DNA from: Alphaproteobacteria bacterium
GTDB taxonomy: Bacteria > Pseudomonadota > Alphaproteobacteria > Rs-D84
Assembly (NCBI GenBank): GCA_017522445.1
Contig: JAFWZK010000042.1
Coordinates: 1-44,672, forward strand
Reading direction: 5' to 3'
Length of the DNA: 44,672 nucleotides
This document shows positions 28,218-36,691 of this stretch, in pieces. The position numbers and the translations under genes were made by a program. The notes beneath the pieces were generated by a model. It saw only the letters and a list, made by a program, of their open reading frames with translations, had not been told where the DNA came from and made no database searches. Numbering within the stretch: position 1 is the first letter of the stretch; each line of letters begins with the position of its first letter.

Positions 28218-30200
28218 ATGAAAATATTTAAGCATATTTTTGCAATGCTGATTTGTGCCATGCCGTTTGTTGCATCGGCCCAGGTCGCAACCACTGCGGG
28301 CAATAATCTGACCGCGTGGAATGGTAATTCAGGGGCGACAAATAATAATAACTGGAATCAGATGATGAACAGTCGAACCATGGCGGCCGGTGGTGCAGGG
28401 GCAACCGCAGACTTTGGAAATTGTAATTCACTGATTTTGCGATGTGCACAGCCAAAGTGTTCAGGGTGTTCAACAATTGATATAGCGCGACCTATTGTTC
28501 AGGGGTGTGTAAATTCTAATGATTCCTGTAAAAAATACGGTGATGATTTAATTGAATATATTTCTGCCCAGTTGGTGTCAAATGCCAATACCAAGGCACA
28601 GCAACAACAGTTGGCCGCACAACAGGCCGCATCAGTCGCTGCCCAACAGCAAAGTGCAATGCAAATGCAACAAATGCAGCAACAAATGGCACAAATGCAG
28701 CAACAAATGCAACAGCAAAATGAACAGCAGATTGCACAGATGCAGGCCGCACTGGATGAACAAAAACAACTGACCGCCGCCGCCATGCAAGAGGCCGCCG
28801 CCCAGCAACAACAAAAGCAACAGATTTCAACACCATCGGGAAATGCCATGCTGACCGATGCCCAGGTTGCCGCCGCACAGAACGGTGTTTCCGCAGATGT
28901 TCTGGCACGTGAACAAATTGCAGGACAGATTATGTCTAAAATCGAAAGTGCCGAGGTCGCATTAAAAACACTGAATGCGACAATGCAAAATGCGTTTGTT
29001 TATGCCGGATGTGATACCCGTGGAAATAACTGTTCGGGGCCAAAACGTGTCAAAACATTTAAACAAAAGGCAATGGCGTTCTTTGAACCATATGATGCAA
29101 TCGTAGACGAGGCATACGAAGGACTGGAAATGGCATTGGCCGTTGGGGTGGATGTGTCGGATGTTATTATGATGTTAAGTGGTGCATGTAATCAATGGGG
29201 AAAATTCCTGTGTGTGGGCGAAGGAACAGAACATAAGCCAACAACATATGATGATAAAAATTGTCCAAACGGTCGGTCAGTAAAAGGGGGCTATATCAAA
29301 GGCGGTATGGAGTGCACATCAGGTATGGCGGTGCCACCCCAGGATGATGCACGCTGTACATTGACCAGTTTAATTGGTACTAATGGCGATAACGAAGATG
29401 TTTATCGTGAATGGTTGGACGAAAACTATGAAGGTGACCGTCTGGTGCGTGTGGGGTGTGCAACGTCTGCGTTGGATTCGATTTCAATATTTGGTCGCAG
29501 AAACAGTAAACGTGGAACGTCACTGGATTTGGATACGTTGGAAAGAATATTGTTACAGGATTCGCCGGAATATATCGGAAATAACAGATATATGCGGGGC
29601 AGTTCTGATCCTTTTACAGAACGTATGAAGTACTGTGCGTTAACACCAAATGGATATCAGACATTATTAAATGCCGTGCACAGTAAAAAATTGCCCAAGA
29701 AAATTTGTGTGGATAATGACACACTGACCAATAATTTTAAGTTTGGTGGTGTGATTGCGGCCAATGCATTCGGCGGAACGGGGTTGGACAGCAAGATTGT
29801 ATCGTCTGCATATGATAGTCGGTCGTGTGCTGCATGGAACAATATGGCCCCAGATGGATGTGGCACCAAATGGGATGATGCGGGGGTGCGTTGTATTGTG
29901 ACGGGGGATTGTAAGTTTACAGGGGATGATATTAAGACGATGTCGCGAATAGCCAAGGAACAAAAGCAAGCCGTAATAGACAAACAAGAAGCATCGTTGA
30001 ATGCTGCGGCAAAGGCGATGATTGGTACTGCTGTTTGTGTTGTTGATTGTGGTGGGGGGGAAAAAAATCCGAGGGCACAGTCAGAAAGCGAATGTTGTTT
30101 GTGTTCGGGGCAATCATATAATCCCACTTTAAAAGAATGTGTGGATGGAGAGTTAAAGACTAAGAGATTCAAATCAATTACACTTGGGTTGAAAAAATGA
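28218..30200 (+). CDS. Exported Cys-rich protein with a Gln/Ala/Met-rich segment, function unknown
   Basis: Signal peptide ending ASA; QQQMAQMQQQMQQQ tract; many cysteines. Confidence 0.8.
   Translation: MKIFKHIFAMLICAMPFVASAQVATTAGNNLTAWNGNSGATNNNNWNQMMNSRTMAAGGAGATADFGNCNSLILRCAQPKCSGCSTIDIARPIVQGCVNSNDSCKKYGDDLIEYISAQLVSNANTKAQQQQLAAQQAASVAAQQQSAMQMQQMQQQMAQMQQQMQQQNEQQIAQMQAALDEQKQLTAAAMQEAAAQQQQKQQISTPSGNAMLTDAQVAAAQNGVSADVLAREQIAGQIMSKIESAEVALKTLNATMQNAFVYAGCDTRGNNCSGPKRVKTFKQKAMAFFEPYDAIVDEAYEGLEMALAVGVDVSDVIMMLSGACNQWGKFLCVGEGTEHKPTTYDDKNCPNGRSVKGGYIKGGMECTSGMAVPPQDDARCTLTSLIGTNGDNEDVYREWLDENYEGDRLVRVGCATSALDSISIFGRRNSKRGTSLDLDTLERILLQDSPEYIGNNRYMRGSSDPFTERMKYCALTPNGYQTLLNAVHSKKLPKKICVDNDTLTNNFKFGGVIAANAFGGTGLDSKIVSSAYDSRSCAAWNNMAPDGCGTKWDDAGVRCIVTGDCKFTGDDIKTMSRIAKEQKQAVIDKQEASLNAAAKAMIGTAVCVVDCGGGEKNPRAQSESECCLCSGQSYNPTLKECVDGELKTKRFKSITLGLKK
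28599..28822 (+). repeat. Coding low-complexity repeat (CAACAAATG/CAG units; Gln-rich, coiled-coil-like)
   Basis: Imperfect tandem (CAA)CAAATGCAG units encoding QQMQ. Confidence 0.7.
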
Positions 30201-30934
30201 AGTGGATAAGTAAGTTTTTTTGTTCTGTATTGATTGCGGTGTGTTTTGCCATGCCGGCGGTGGCGGCGGATAACGGCTGTGAAGACGAAGATAATGATAT
30301 GATTGTCGCAGAATTGGCACTGTGTTCAACGCATGCTTATAATATCGGTGCACAGACAAATCCAACCGGGGCAGACCGTGACTTAATGCGGGATGTTATT
30401 GCAATGAAAACAACACTGATTACACAACAGATGTACAAACAGTACCAGGAAATGGAATCTTTGTTGCGGCGGTTGAAAACACAACTGGAAAAGGCAGTGC
30501 TGACCACAGGATTGCAGGCCAAGGGGGCCGATGCGGGTGGGTCTTCGTCCAGTGGCGGTGCGTCTTTTAAGTCGGATGACAGAAATATCTTTATGGCAGG
30601 GGTCAAGAATTGTAACAATGAGTTATTACCGATTGATGTGATGACTTGTTTAAACGGTAATATGAATACAATTTCAAATATGTCGGGAAATGGTAGCGAA
30701 GTTAATGCTGAGTTGGCAAAACAGTTGGCGAATGATTTTAGTTTGTTGAATTTAACAAGTGTTAGTGGAGCCTCGTGTACAACAATATCTAAAACGAATA
30801 ATAAAGACTGTTTGAAGGATAAGGAAATTCGAAAGAAAAAAGATTTTCAGGAGTGTTTTGATAATATGCGTGCATGTTTAAGAAGCAAGAGTTATGAATT
30901 GTCAAAACCTGCATCGCAACAAGACAGAAAATAA
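30197..30934 (+). CDS. Exported protein of unknown function
   Basis: Signal peptide ending PAVA; ATGA overlap with the upstream gene; several Cys. Confidence 0.8.
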   Translation: MKWISKFFCSVLIAVCFAMPAVAADNGCEDEDNDMIVAELALCSTHAYNIGAQTNPTGADRDLMRDVIAMKTTLITQQMYKQYQEMESLLRRLKTQLEKAVLTTGLQAKGADAGGSSSSGGASFKSDDRNIFMAGVKNCNNELLPIDVMTCLNGNMNTISNMSGNGSEVNAELAKQLANDFSLLNLTSVSGASCTTISKTNNKDCLKDKEIRKKKDFQECFDNMRACLRSKSYELSKPASQQDRK

Positions 30935-30942
30935 TAATTTTT

Positions 30943-30968
30943 ACACCCGCAGATGCGGGTGTTTTTTT
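30943..30968 (+). terminator. Intrinsic terminator
   Basis: ACACCCGC-AGAT-GCGGGTGT followed by a T run. Confidence 0.85.
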
Positions 30969-31023
30969 ATCCTTTTATATTATCACGGGTTGTGGTATAA
31001 TTTACCAAAAGGAGTTTTGTATC

Positions 31024-32316
31024 ATGAAAAAAATTGGATCTTTATTTGTTGGGGCGCTGGTCGCAATGGGCGCAGTTAATGCAGATGCCGCAACCAACTG
31101 GGGGACACGTGCAGGGTCCAGTGCAGACCTGACAGGGGCACCCGCAACACGTACACGGGAAAATGTTAACTATGAAAAATATAAAACACGTACGTTAACA
31201 AAAACATACGAGGCAAAAGATGCAGCGGATTTGTACTATGCAAAACCTGCAAATCGCAGTGCGTTGTATAAACAATACCAGGGGGCAAATTCGTCCGCAG
31301 CAACCGCAACAAAAACAACCACGCGTACAACACGGGCGGAAACACTGGTCAGTAAAATGAAACGCAAATATTATCTGGCACATCCATTCTTTCAGCCGCT
31401 GGGGGGGAAATTTGGTTCGATTACAGATGTTGCATATAGTATGCACTCGTATGACTTTACAATAAATCAGACCCTGCCTGTGTGGAATAATAAAACGTCT
31501 GCGTATGAAAATGTGATGGACGGATTGGGGGGAAAATGGGATATGAATCGTATCGCCATCAAAGAAGACTTTAGTTACGGTATCACTGACCGTATCGCAA
31601 TTCTGGGTATGGCACAGTTCGAAATGAACGAATATAAATTCGAATGGGACGATAATTCCCCAACGGATAAAATGGATGATAATGATTTGAATCTGTTCGG
31701 TCTGGGGGCACAGTGGCGGTTTGTCGACAGCCCAAAGTGGATTGGTATGGCTTCGGCATATTTCCAGCATCAAAAAGATGTTTCAAATAACTTCTTGATG
31801 GAATTAAAGGCAGGGTACAAGGTTGCACGCTCTACAATATATGGGCTGGCACGCGGTTGGTACCTGGACCTGGATGGTAATTCGTATGGCAATGGGCTCG
31901 ATGGCAAGGATTCCAATGGAAATTCGGCGTTGATGTATATCCCATATCAGGTCGGTGACACCAGTGCAATCTATGTCGAAGGTGGTGTTGGTGTGTTCAG
32001 TGTGCTGGATGAAGATTGGACACTGAATGTCGAGGCAATCTTTGGAAATTATGACTGGCATAACCAGGGTAATGTCAAGGCCGCAATCGGTTGGCAACCA
32101 AATGATTGGTTCGCACTGAACCTGTATGCAAAGACCGCATTTTGGGATAGTGCCGATGGAAAGACGTTAGACCTGTACTGGATGGAACCAGGTATTAAGG
32201 CACAAGCACCAGGGGGGACCGAATTCGAATTAAATCAATTAACCAAGATTGGTACCGTTGATTTGGAAAACTTTGCCGAAACGTCAATCGGTTTGCAGGC
32301 CATTTTCCAGTTCTGA
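31024..32316 (+). CDS. Putative outer-membrane beta-barrel protein with an N-terminal Thr/Arg/Lys-rich extension
   Basis: Signal peptide ending ADA; alternating amphipathic strands rich in aromatic residues; C-terminal IGLQAIFQF; AGGAG RBS. Confidence 0.75.
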   Translation: MKKIGSLFVGALVAMGAVNADAATNWGTRAGSSADLTGAPATRTRENVNYEKYKTRTLTKTYEAKDAADLYYAKPANRSALYKQYQGANSSAATATKTTTRTTRAETLVSKMKRKYYLAHPFFQPLGGKFGSITDVAYSMHSYDFTINQTLPVWNNKTSAYENVMDGLGGKWDMNRIAIKEDFSYGITDRIAILGMAQFEMNEYKFEWDDNSPTDKMDDNDLNLFGLGAQWRFVDSPKWIGMASAYFQHQKDVSNNFLMELKAGYKVARSTIYGLARGWYLDLDGNSYGNGLDGKDSNGNSALMYIPYQVGDTSAIYVEGGVGVFSVLDEDWTLNVEAIFGNYDWHNQGNVKAAIGWQPNDWFALNLYAKTAFWDSADGKTLDLYWMEPGIKAQAPGGTEFELNQLTKIGTVDLENFAETSIGLQAIFQF

Positions 32317-32335
32317 TTCTTGTAAAGGTTAAAAT

Positions 32336-32361
32336 TGCCCCCATGGGTTAGGGGGCATTTT
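32336..32361 (+). terminator. Probable intrinsic terminator or stability hairpin
   Basis: TGCCCCC-8 nt-GGGGGCA followed by TTTT. Confidence 0.6.
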
Positions 32362-32386
32362 GTTGATAATAAAAAGGAGAGAGTTT

Positions 32387-33115
32387 ATGCGTAAGATTAT
32401 CTTGGGAATCTTTGCCATTATGATGCCAATGTGTGTACAGGCGAATGTGTTGGAAAACGATACGTCTGATCCCCTGTTCCTGCAAAAGGCAGAAGATGTT
32501 TTTACACAGTCTTCGGTCGCGTACTGGGATCATATTCTGCGGGTGGGTCAGTCTGTTTCATATGGTATGAATAATCGGTTCAGTTTGGGGGCCAATGTAC
32601 ATTATCAACATGACTTTAATGGTGATGAAGACGGTTTTTCCGCCATGGATATAGGGGGCGTATACCGCGTCGCAAATGCAGGTGATAATGAATCTGATAT
32701 TATTTCAGATGTTTTGTTCGGATTTAAATTTGGGGGCAGTTCCCAGGTGCGTACGCCGGACTATGCCGATTCAACCTATTATGTGGGACTGCGGTTCGGA
32801 CGGCAATGGGCGGGGGTGACACTGGCCGCAACGGTTAAATCAACGTGGGTGTTTGATGATGAACGCGGGGTCGCATTTTTGGACTTTTCGCCCGAGGCAT
32901 ACTTTCGTGCCGCACCAGATTGGCGGTTCGGAACAGGGCTGACCATACGCAAGGCAACACACAAAGATCCAATTTATCATACCGATTATGACCAAGAATG
33001 GCTGCATTTGAAATTGGTTCGTCAATACGGACGCACCCAGTATATCGGGCATGTGGACTATGAATTCGAATCTGATGATGCACAGGTGGGGGGACGTATA
33101 AATATCTTGTTCTGA
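32387..33115 (+). CDS. Putative outer-membrane beta-barrel protein
   Basis: Signal peptide ending VQA; amphipathic strands; C-terminal VGGRINILF; AGGAG RBS. Confidence 0.72.
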   Translation: MRKIILGIFAIMMPMCVQANVLENDTSDPLFLQKAEDVFTQSSVAYWDHILRVGQSVSYGMNNRFSLGANVHYQHDFNGDEDGFSAMDIGGVYRVANAGDNESDIISDVLFGFKFGGSSQVRTPDYADSTYYVGLRFGRQWAGVTLAATVKSTWVFDDERGVAFLDFSPEAYFRAAPDWRFGTGLTIRKATHKDPIYHTDYDQEWLHLKLVRQYGRTQYIGHVDYEFESDDAQVGGRINILF

Positions 33116-33127
33116 TGCGACGGTCAA

Positions 33128-34966
33128 ATGCCAAGGTGTATAAAGCTGTTTTTTGCTGTTTGGATGTTGGCTTGGACAAGCTGGGGGTGGGCGGATGATG
33201 CCACTTTCCTGGGGGTTGGTGGTTATGCCTGGGACGAAGTGGATAGCCGTAAACCTGCGGAATGGGACGATTATCCCCAGGTGGTCCGGGTCGAAGAAGT
33301 CAGTATATTATACGGTGAAGAGCAAGTGTCTGGAACCTGTACAGGGGCATTCGTCGCAGCCAATGTTGTCGCAACCGCCAGACATTGTTTCCTGTGGAGC
33401 TATGATGAGAAAGGAAAATGTTACGATCAGAGTGCGAATAACGAAAACATTTTCTTGCGCGTGGTTCTTAATGATGGCAGTACAATGCGGGCAAATGTAA
33501 AATATTGCCCAGGAAGAAATGTAGCAGCTGACTGGGCGTTGCTGCAGACCGAAAAGGTTTGGCCACATTATTATAATTTTGTGCCAAGTGATAAACTGGG
33601 GGTAAAAGACGCTAAAAAGGAGGTAAAAAATAAACTGGGAGTACCATATTATGAATATGTGCCAGGACATTCAGATCCAATTGATATTACGAATCTGGGG
33701 TTCGGCAGTATGAAAATATTAGAACCCAGTGAAATAGAAAAAGTGCGTGATTTGTTGCAAAAGTTTGCCAAAAGTCAAAATAATAACACCAATAACTATA
33801 AAGAAGTAATTAGTTTCCTGCAAAATACTGGACTGACAAATGACCACGATAAACTGAAGGTCTCGGAAAAGTGCGAGGCAATGTGGTTGCAACAAATGTT
33901 TTGGACAAACTGTGATGGTTGGACCGGTAATTCAGGTGGACCGGTTTTGAATTATGGTACAAAAAATTTGTTCGCGGTTGCGTCTGCTGTTAATAGAGAT
34001 GTGAGCAGTGGTGTTGGAATGACAAATTTAATCGCGGTGGCAGTTCGGAACCCGCCTGGGGCTAAATCGCTGTTGGACGAAGCCCGCGATGCAGAAGAAA
34101 ATCGAAAAAATAACCTGATTGAAAAGATGCAAGACTTTCAATCCATGTCGCCTTTGGTCGAGGTGCCGCAACTTGAACCAGAACAAGTCGCAGAAACAGA
34201 TGGAATTAATTTAATGCCTGTATCTTATGTGAATTATGATAACTGGTTCGAACAGACAGAACATGAACTGAAAGAAAAAAAAGAATGGTTAAATAATTCT
34301 TGGGCAAGAATTGATGAACTGACAGATAAAGAAATTGTGTTGTTGCTGGATGCAATTGTCGGATATAACCAATTGCAGGAAAGATATGAACAGGCGTTGG
34401 AAAAAGAACGTTCGTTTGGTAATCGTATGTTGGGAAGCGTCGCAATGGGGGCAGGTGGTATCGGTACAATGATGGCGGCGACGGCAATAGCAGAACAAAA
34501 TGCAGATGCACAGGCAGAACAAGATATGCGACAATATCTGGCAACATTCGTATGCAAGTATGACGATGGGGTGAATGTGCCGGGGGGAACGTATGATGTG
34601 GAACTGCCCGGTGGAAATCAGCTGATAAATCTGTATGGGGAATATGTGAATCTGGCCAACGATGTCAAGACAAGAAAAAATGCACTGGGATTAAAACCTG
34701 GAATAGAATCGGAACCTATATTAGATGCTGCGGCGTCTGGACTGTATGATAATGTGGGCCAAGATAGTATTGTGGGGGCTTATGTTTCGCTGTCGCGGGC
34801 TTTGCAGAACCCAGATGGCGAAGATGCACAAAAATGGGTCCAACAACAGGAAAAAAGTACGCAAAAAATGAAAACAGGTGGAATCGTCGGCCTGGGGGGG
34901 GTTGGCGTTGGGGCCGTTGGAAATCTGATATTTAATCAAGATGAAGAATCAGATGAAAAAGACTAG
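33128..34966 (+). CDS. Exported trypsin-like (S1) serine protease fused to an unrecognised C-terminal domain
   Basis: CTG...VATARHC (His), DWALL (Asp) and GNSGGP (Ser); C-terminal 200 aa contains two Gly-rich hydrophobic segments. Confidence 0.85.
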   Translation: MPRCIKLFFAVWMLAWTSWGWADDATFLGVGGYAWDEVDSRKPAEWDDYPQVVRVEEVSILYGEEQVSGTCTGAFVAANVVATARHCFLWSYDEKGKCYDQSANNENIFLRVVLNDGSTMRANVKYCPGRNVAADWALLQTEKVWPHYYNFVPSDKLGVKDAKKEVKNKLGVPYYEYVPGHSDPIDITNLGFGSMKILEPSEIEKVRDLLQKFAKSQNNNTNNYKEVISFLQNTGLTNDHDKLKVSEKCEAMWLQQMFWTNCDGWTGNSGGPVLNYGTKNLFAVASAVNRDVSSGVGMTNLIAVAVRNPPGAKSLLDEARDAEENRKNNLIEKMQDFQSMSPLVEVPQLEPEQVAETDGINLMPVSYVNYDNWFEQTEHELKEKKEWLNNSWARIDELTDKEIVLLLDAIVGYNQLQERYEQALEKERSFGNRMLGSVAMGAGGIGTMMAATAIAEQNADAQAEQDMRQYLATFVCKYDDGVNVPGGTYDVELPGGNQLINLYGEYVNLANDVKTRKNALGLKPGIESEPILDAAASGLYDNVGQDSIVGAYVSLSRALQNPDGEDAQKWVQQQEKSTQKMKTGGIVGLGGVGVGAVGNLIFNQDEESDEKD

Positions 34967-36234
34967 TCCTGTTGTTGTATCTTTTCACGCAAACTGTCCC
35001 AGTATTCCAGACGTTTCTTGATTTCACGTTCAAAACCACGTTCGACAGGTTGATAGAATTTCTGTCGACCCATCGATTCAGGAAAACAGTTCTGGCCAGA
35101 AAAGCCAGTGGCTGTGTCCGGGTCATAGATATAGCCCGCATTATAGCCCAGATTCTTCATCATTTTTGTTGGGGCATTTAATATGTTCTTGGGGGGCATT
35201 AAACTGCCTGTTTCGCGGGCGGCGGCATAGGCCGCCTTTTGTGCACGATAGTTGCCAATACTTTTTGGGGCCGTTCCCAGGTATATAACCAGTTGGGTCA
35301 GGGCCAAATCCCCTTCGGGACTGCCCAATCTTTCGTATGCAGACCAGGCCGCAATCGCAATTTGCAATGCGTTCGGGTCCGCCAGGCCGATATCTTCGAC
35401 CGCAAAACGTGTTAAACGCCGAAATATGTACATGGGATCCTGACCAGATGTCATCATGCGGGCCGTCCAATATAATGCCGCATCGGTATCACTGGCACGC
35501 AGTGATTTATGTACCGCAGATATTAAATTATAGTGTTCGTCCCCGGATTTGTCAGATAATGGTGGACGCCGCTGTACGGCAGAAACCAACGTATCCGGTG
35601 TCAGAGGGGATGAAAAATTTGCGTTAAATAAATATTCAACTGTGTTTAATAAAAATCGGGCATCGCCATCGGCCATCTGGGCCATGTGAATACGGGCCGC
35701 ATCATCCAAAGGTAATTTCTTGCCCGTGAATTCTTCGGCACGTGTCATCAATGTTAATAAATCTTCGCTGGCCAACGGTGATAGTACCCCAACGTGGCAT
35801 CGTGATAGTAATGCGTTGTTCAAATTAAAACTGGGGTTTTCGGTTGTGGCGCCAATAAACACAACTGTCCCGTCTTCTAGATAAGGCAGCAGGGTGTCCT
35901 GTTGTGTTTTGTTAAAACGGTGAATTTCATCAATGAACAGCAATGTGCCACGGCCAATATCACGATTCATGCGGGCGGCATCCATTGCCTTTTTAATGTC
36001 TGATGTGCCAGAAAATACCGCAGACATCGGTACAAAGTCCATGTCAACACTGTTCGCCAAGGCACGTGCAATGGTCGTCTTGCCACAGCCGGGGGGACCC
36101 CATAAAATTAAATTCGATAATTTCTGATTGTCAACCATACGCCGTACCAGACCGTTTTCACCCAACAATGTTGTTTGCCCAACAACATCGTCAATCGTAT
36201 TTGGACGCATTAAATCAGCAAGTGGACGTGTCAT
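34963..36234 (-). CDS. rarA: Replication-associated recombination protein A (MgsA/RarA)
   Basis: PLADLMRP, WGPPGCGKTT, FIDEIHRFNKTQQD, GATTENPSF, EDIGLADP. Confidence 0.97.
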   Translation of the reverse strand: MTRPLADLMRPNTIDDVVGQTTLLGENGLVRRMVDNQKLSNLILWGPPGCGKTTIARALANSVDMDFVPMSAVFSGTSDIKKAMDAARMNRDIGRGTLLFIDEIHRFNKTQQDTLLPYLEDGTVVFIGATTENPSFNLNNALLSRCHVGVLSPLASEDLLTLMTRAEEFTGKKLPLDDAARIHMAQMADGDARFLLNTVEYLFNANFSSPLTPDTLVSAVQRRPPLSDKSGDEHYNLISAVHKSLRASDTDAALYWTARMMTSGQDPMYIFRRLTRFAVEDIGLADPNALQIAIAAWSAYERLGSPEGDLALTQLVIYLGTAPKSIGNYRAQKAAYAAARETGSLMPPKNILNAPTKMMKNLGYNAGYIYDPDTATGFSGQNCFPESMGRQKFYQPVERGFEREIKKRLEYWDSLREKIQQQD

Positions 36235-36309
36235 GATTATTTACTTAACTTTTATTTGATGTTTATTTGTGATATAATAACTGTATTAAATTATAAAGGA
36301 TTTAGCAAG

Positions 36310-36666
36310 GTGGTAAATAAAAATTCTGATTTTACGTTGGCGGTGGCAAATCTGGCGGCGGCGGCAATAAATGCAAATCCAGAACTGACCATGGAAATGG
36401 CGGTGCAGCGGGCACGTGAAATACTGCGGGGAACATCAATCACACCGCAACAAATCGAAGATTCTGTGCAGCCAGATAAAATCCAATGTCTGGAAGATGG
36501 TACATGGCATGTTATGCTGCGTCGATATATAAAACGCAGATTTAATATGACCCCAGAACAATATCGGGCAAAGTGGGGGTTGCCAGATGACTATCCCTTT
36601 GTGGCGCCGGCATACGCACGCAAACGTTCGAAAATTGCAAAAAAATCGGGATTGGGACGGAAATAA
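36310..36666 (+). CDS. mucR: MucR/Ros-family nucleoid-associated regulator
   Basis: IQCLEDG, MLRRYI, MTPEQYRAKWGLPDDYPFVAPAYARKRS..AKKSGLGRK; probable GTG start at 36310. Confidence 0.88.
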   Translation: MVNKNSDFTLAVANLAAAAINANPELTMEMAVQRAREILRGTSITPQQIEDSVQPDKIQCLEDGTWHVMLRRYIKRRFNMTPEQYRAKWGLPDDYPFVAPAYARKRSKIAKKSGLGRK

Positions 36667-36691
36667 ATCTTGTAAATAAAACGGGAAAAAT

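Noticed and set aside
34963-34966. Overlapping stop codons (CTAG) of the protease gene and rarA
   Set aside because: Ordinary feature of compact genomes
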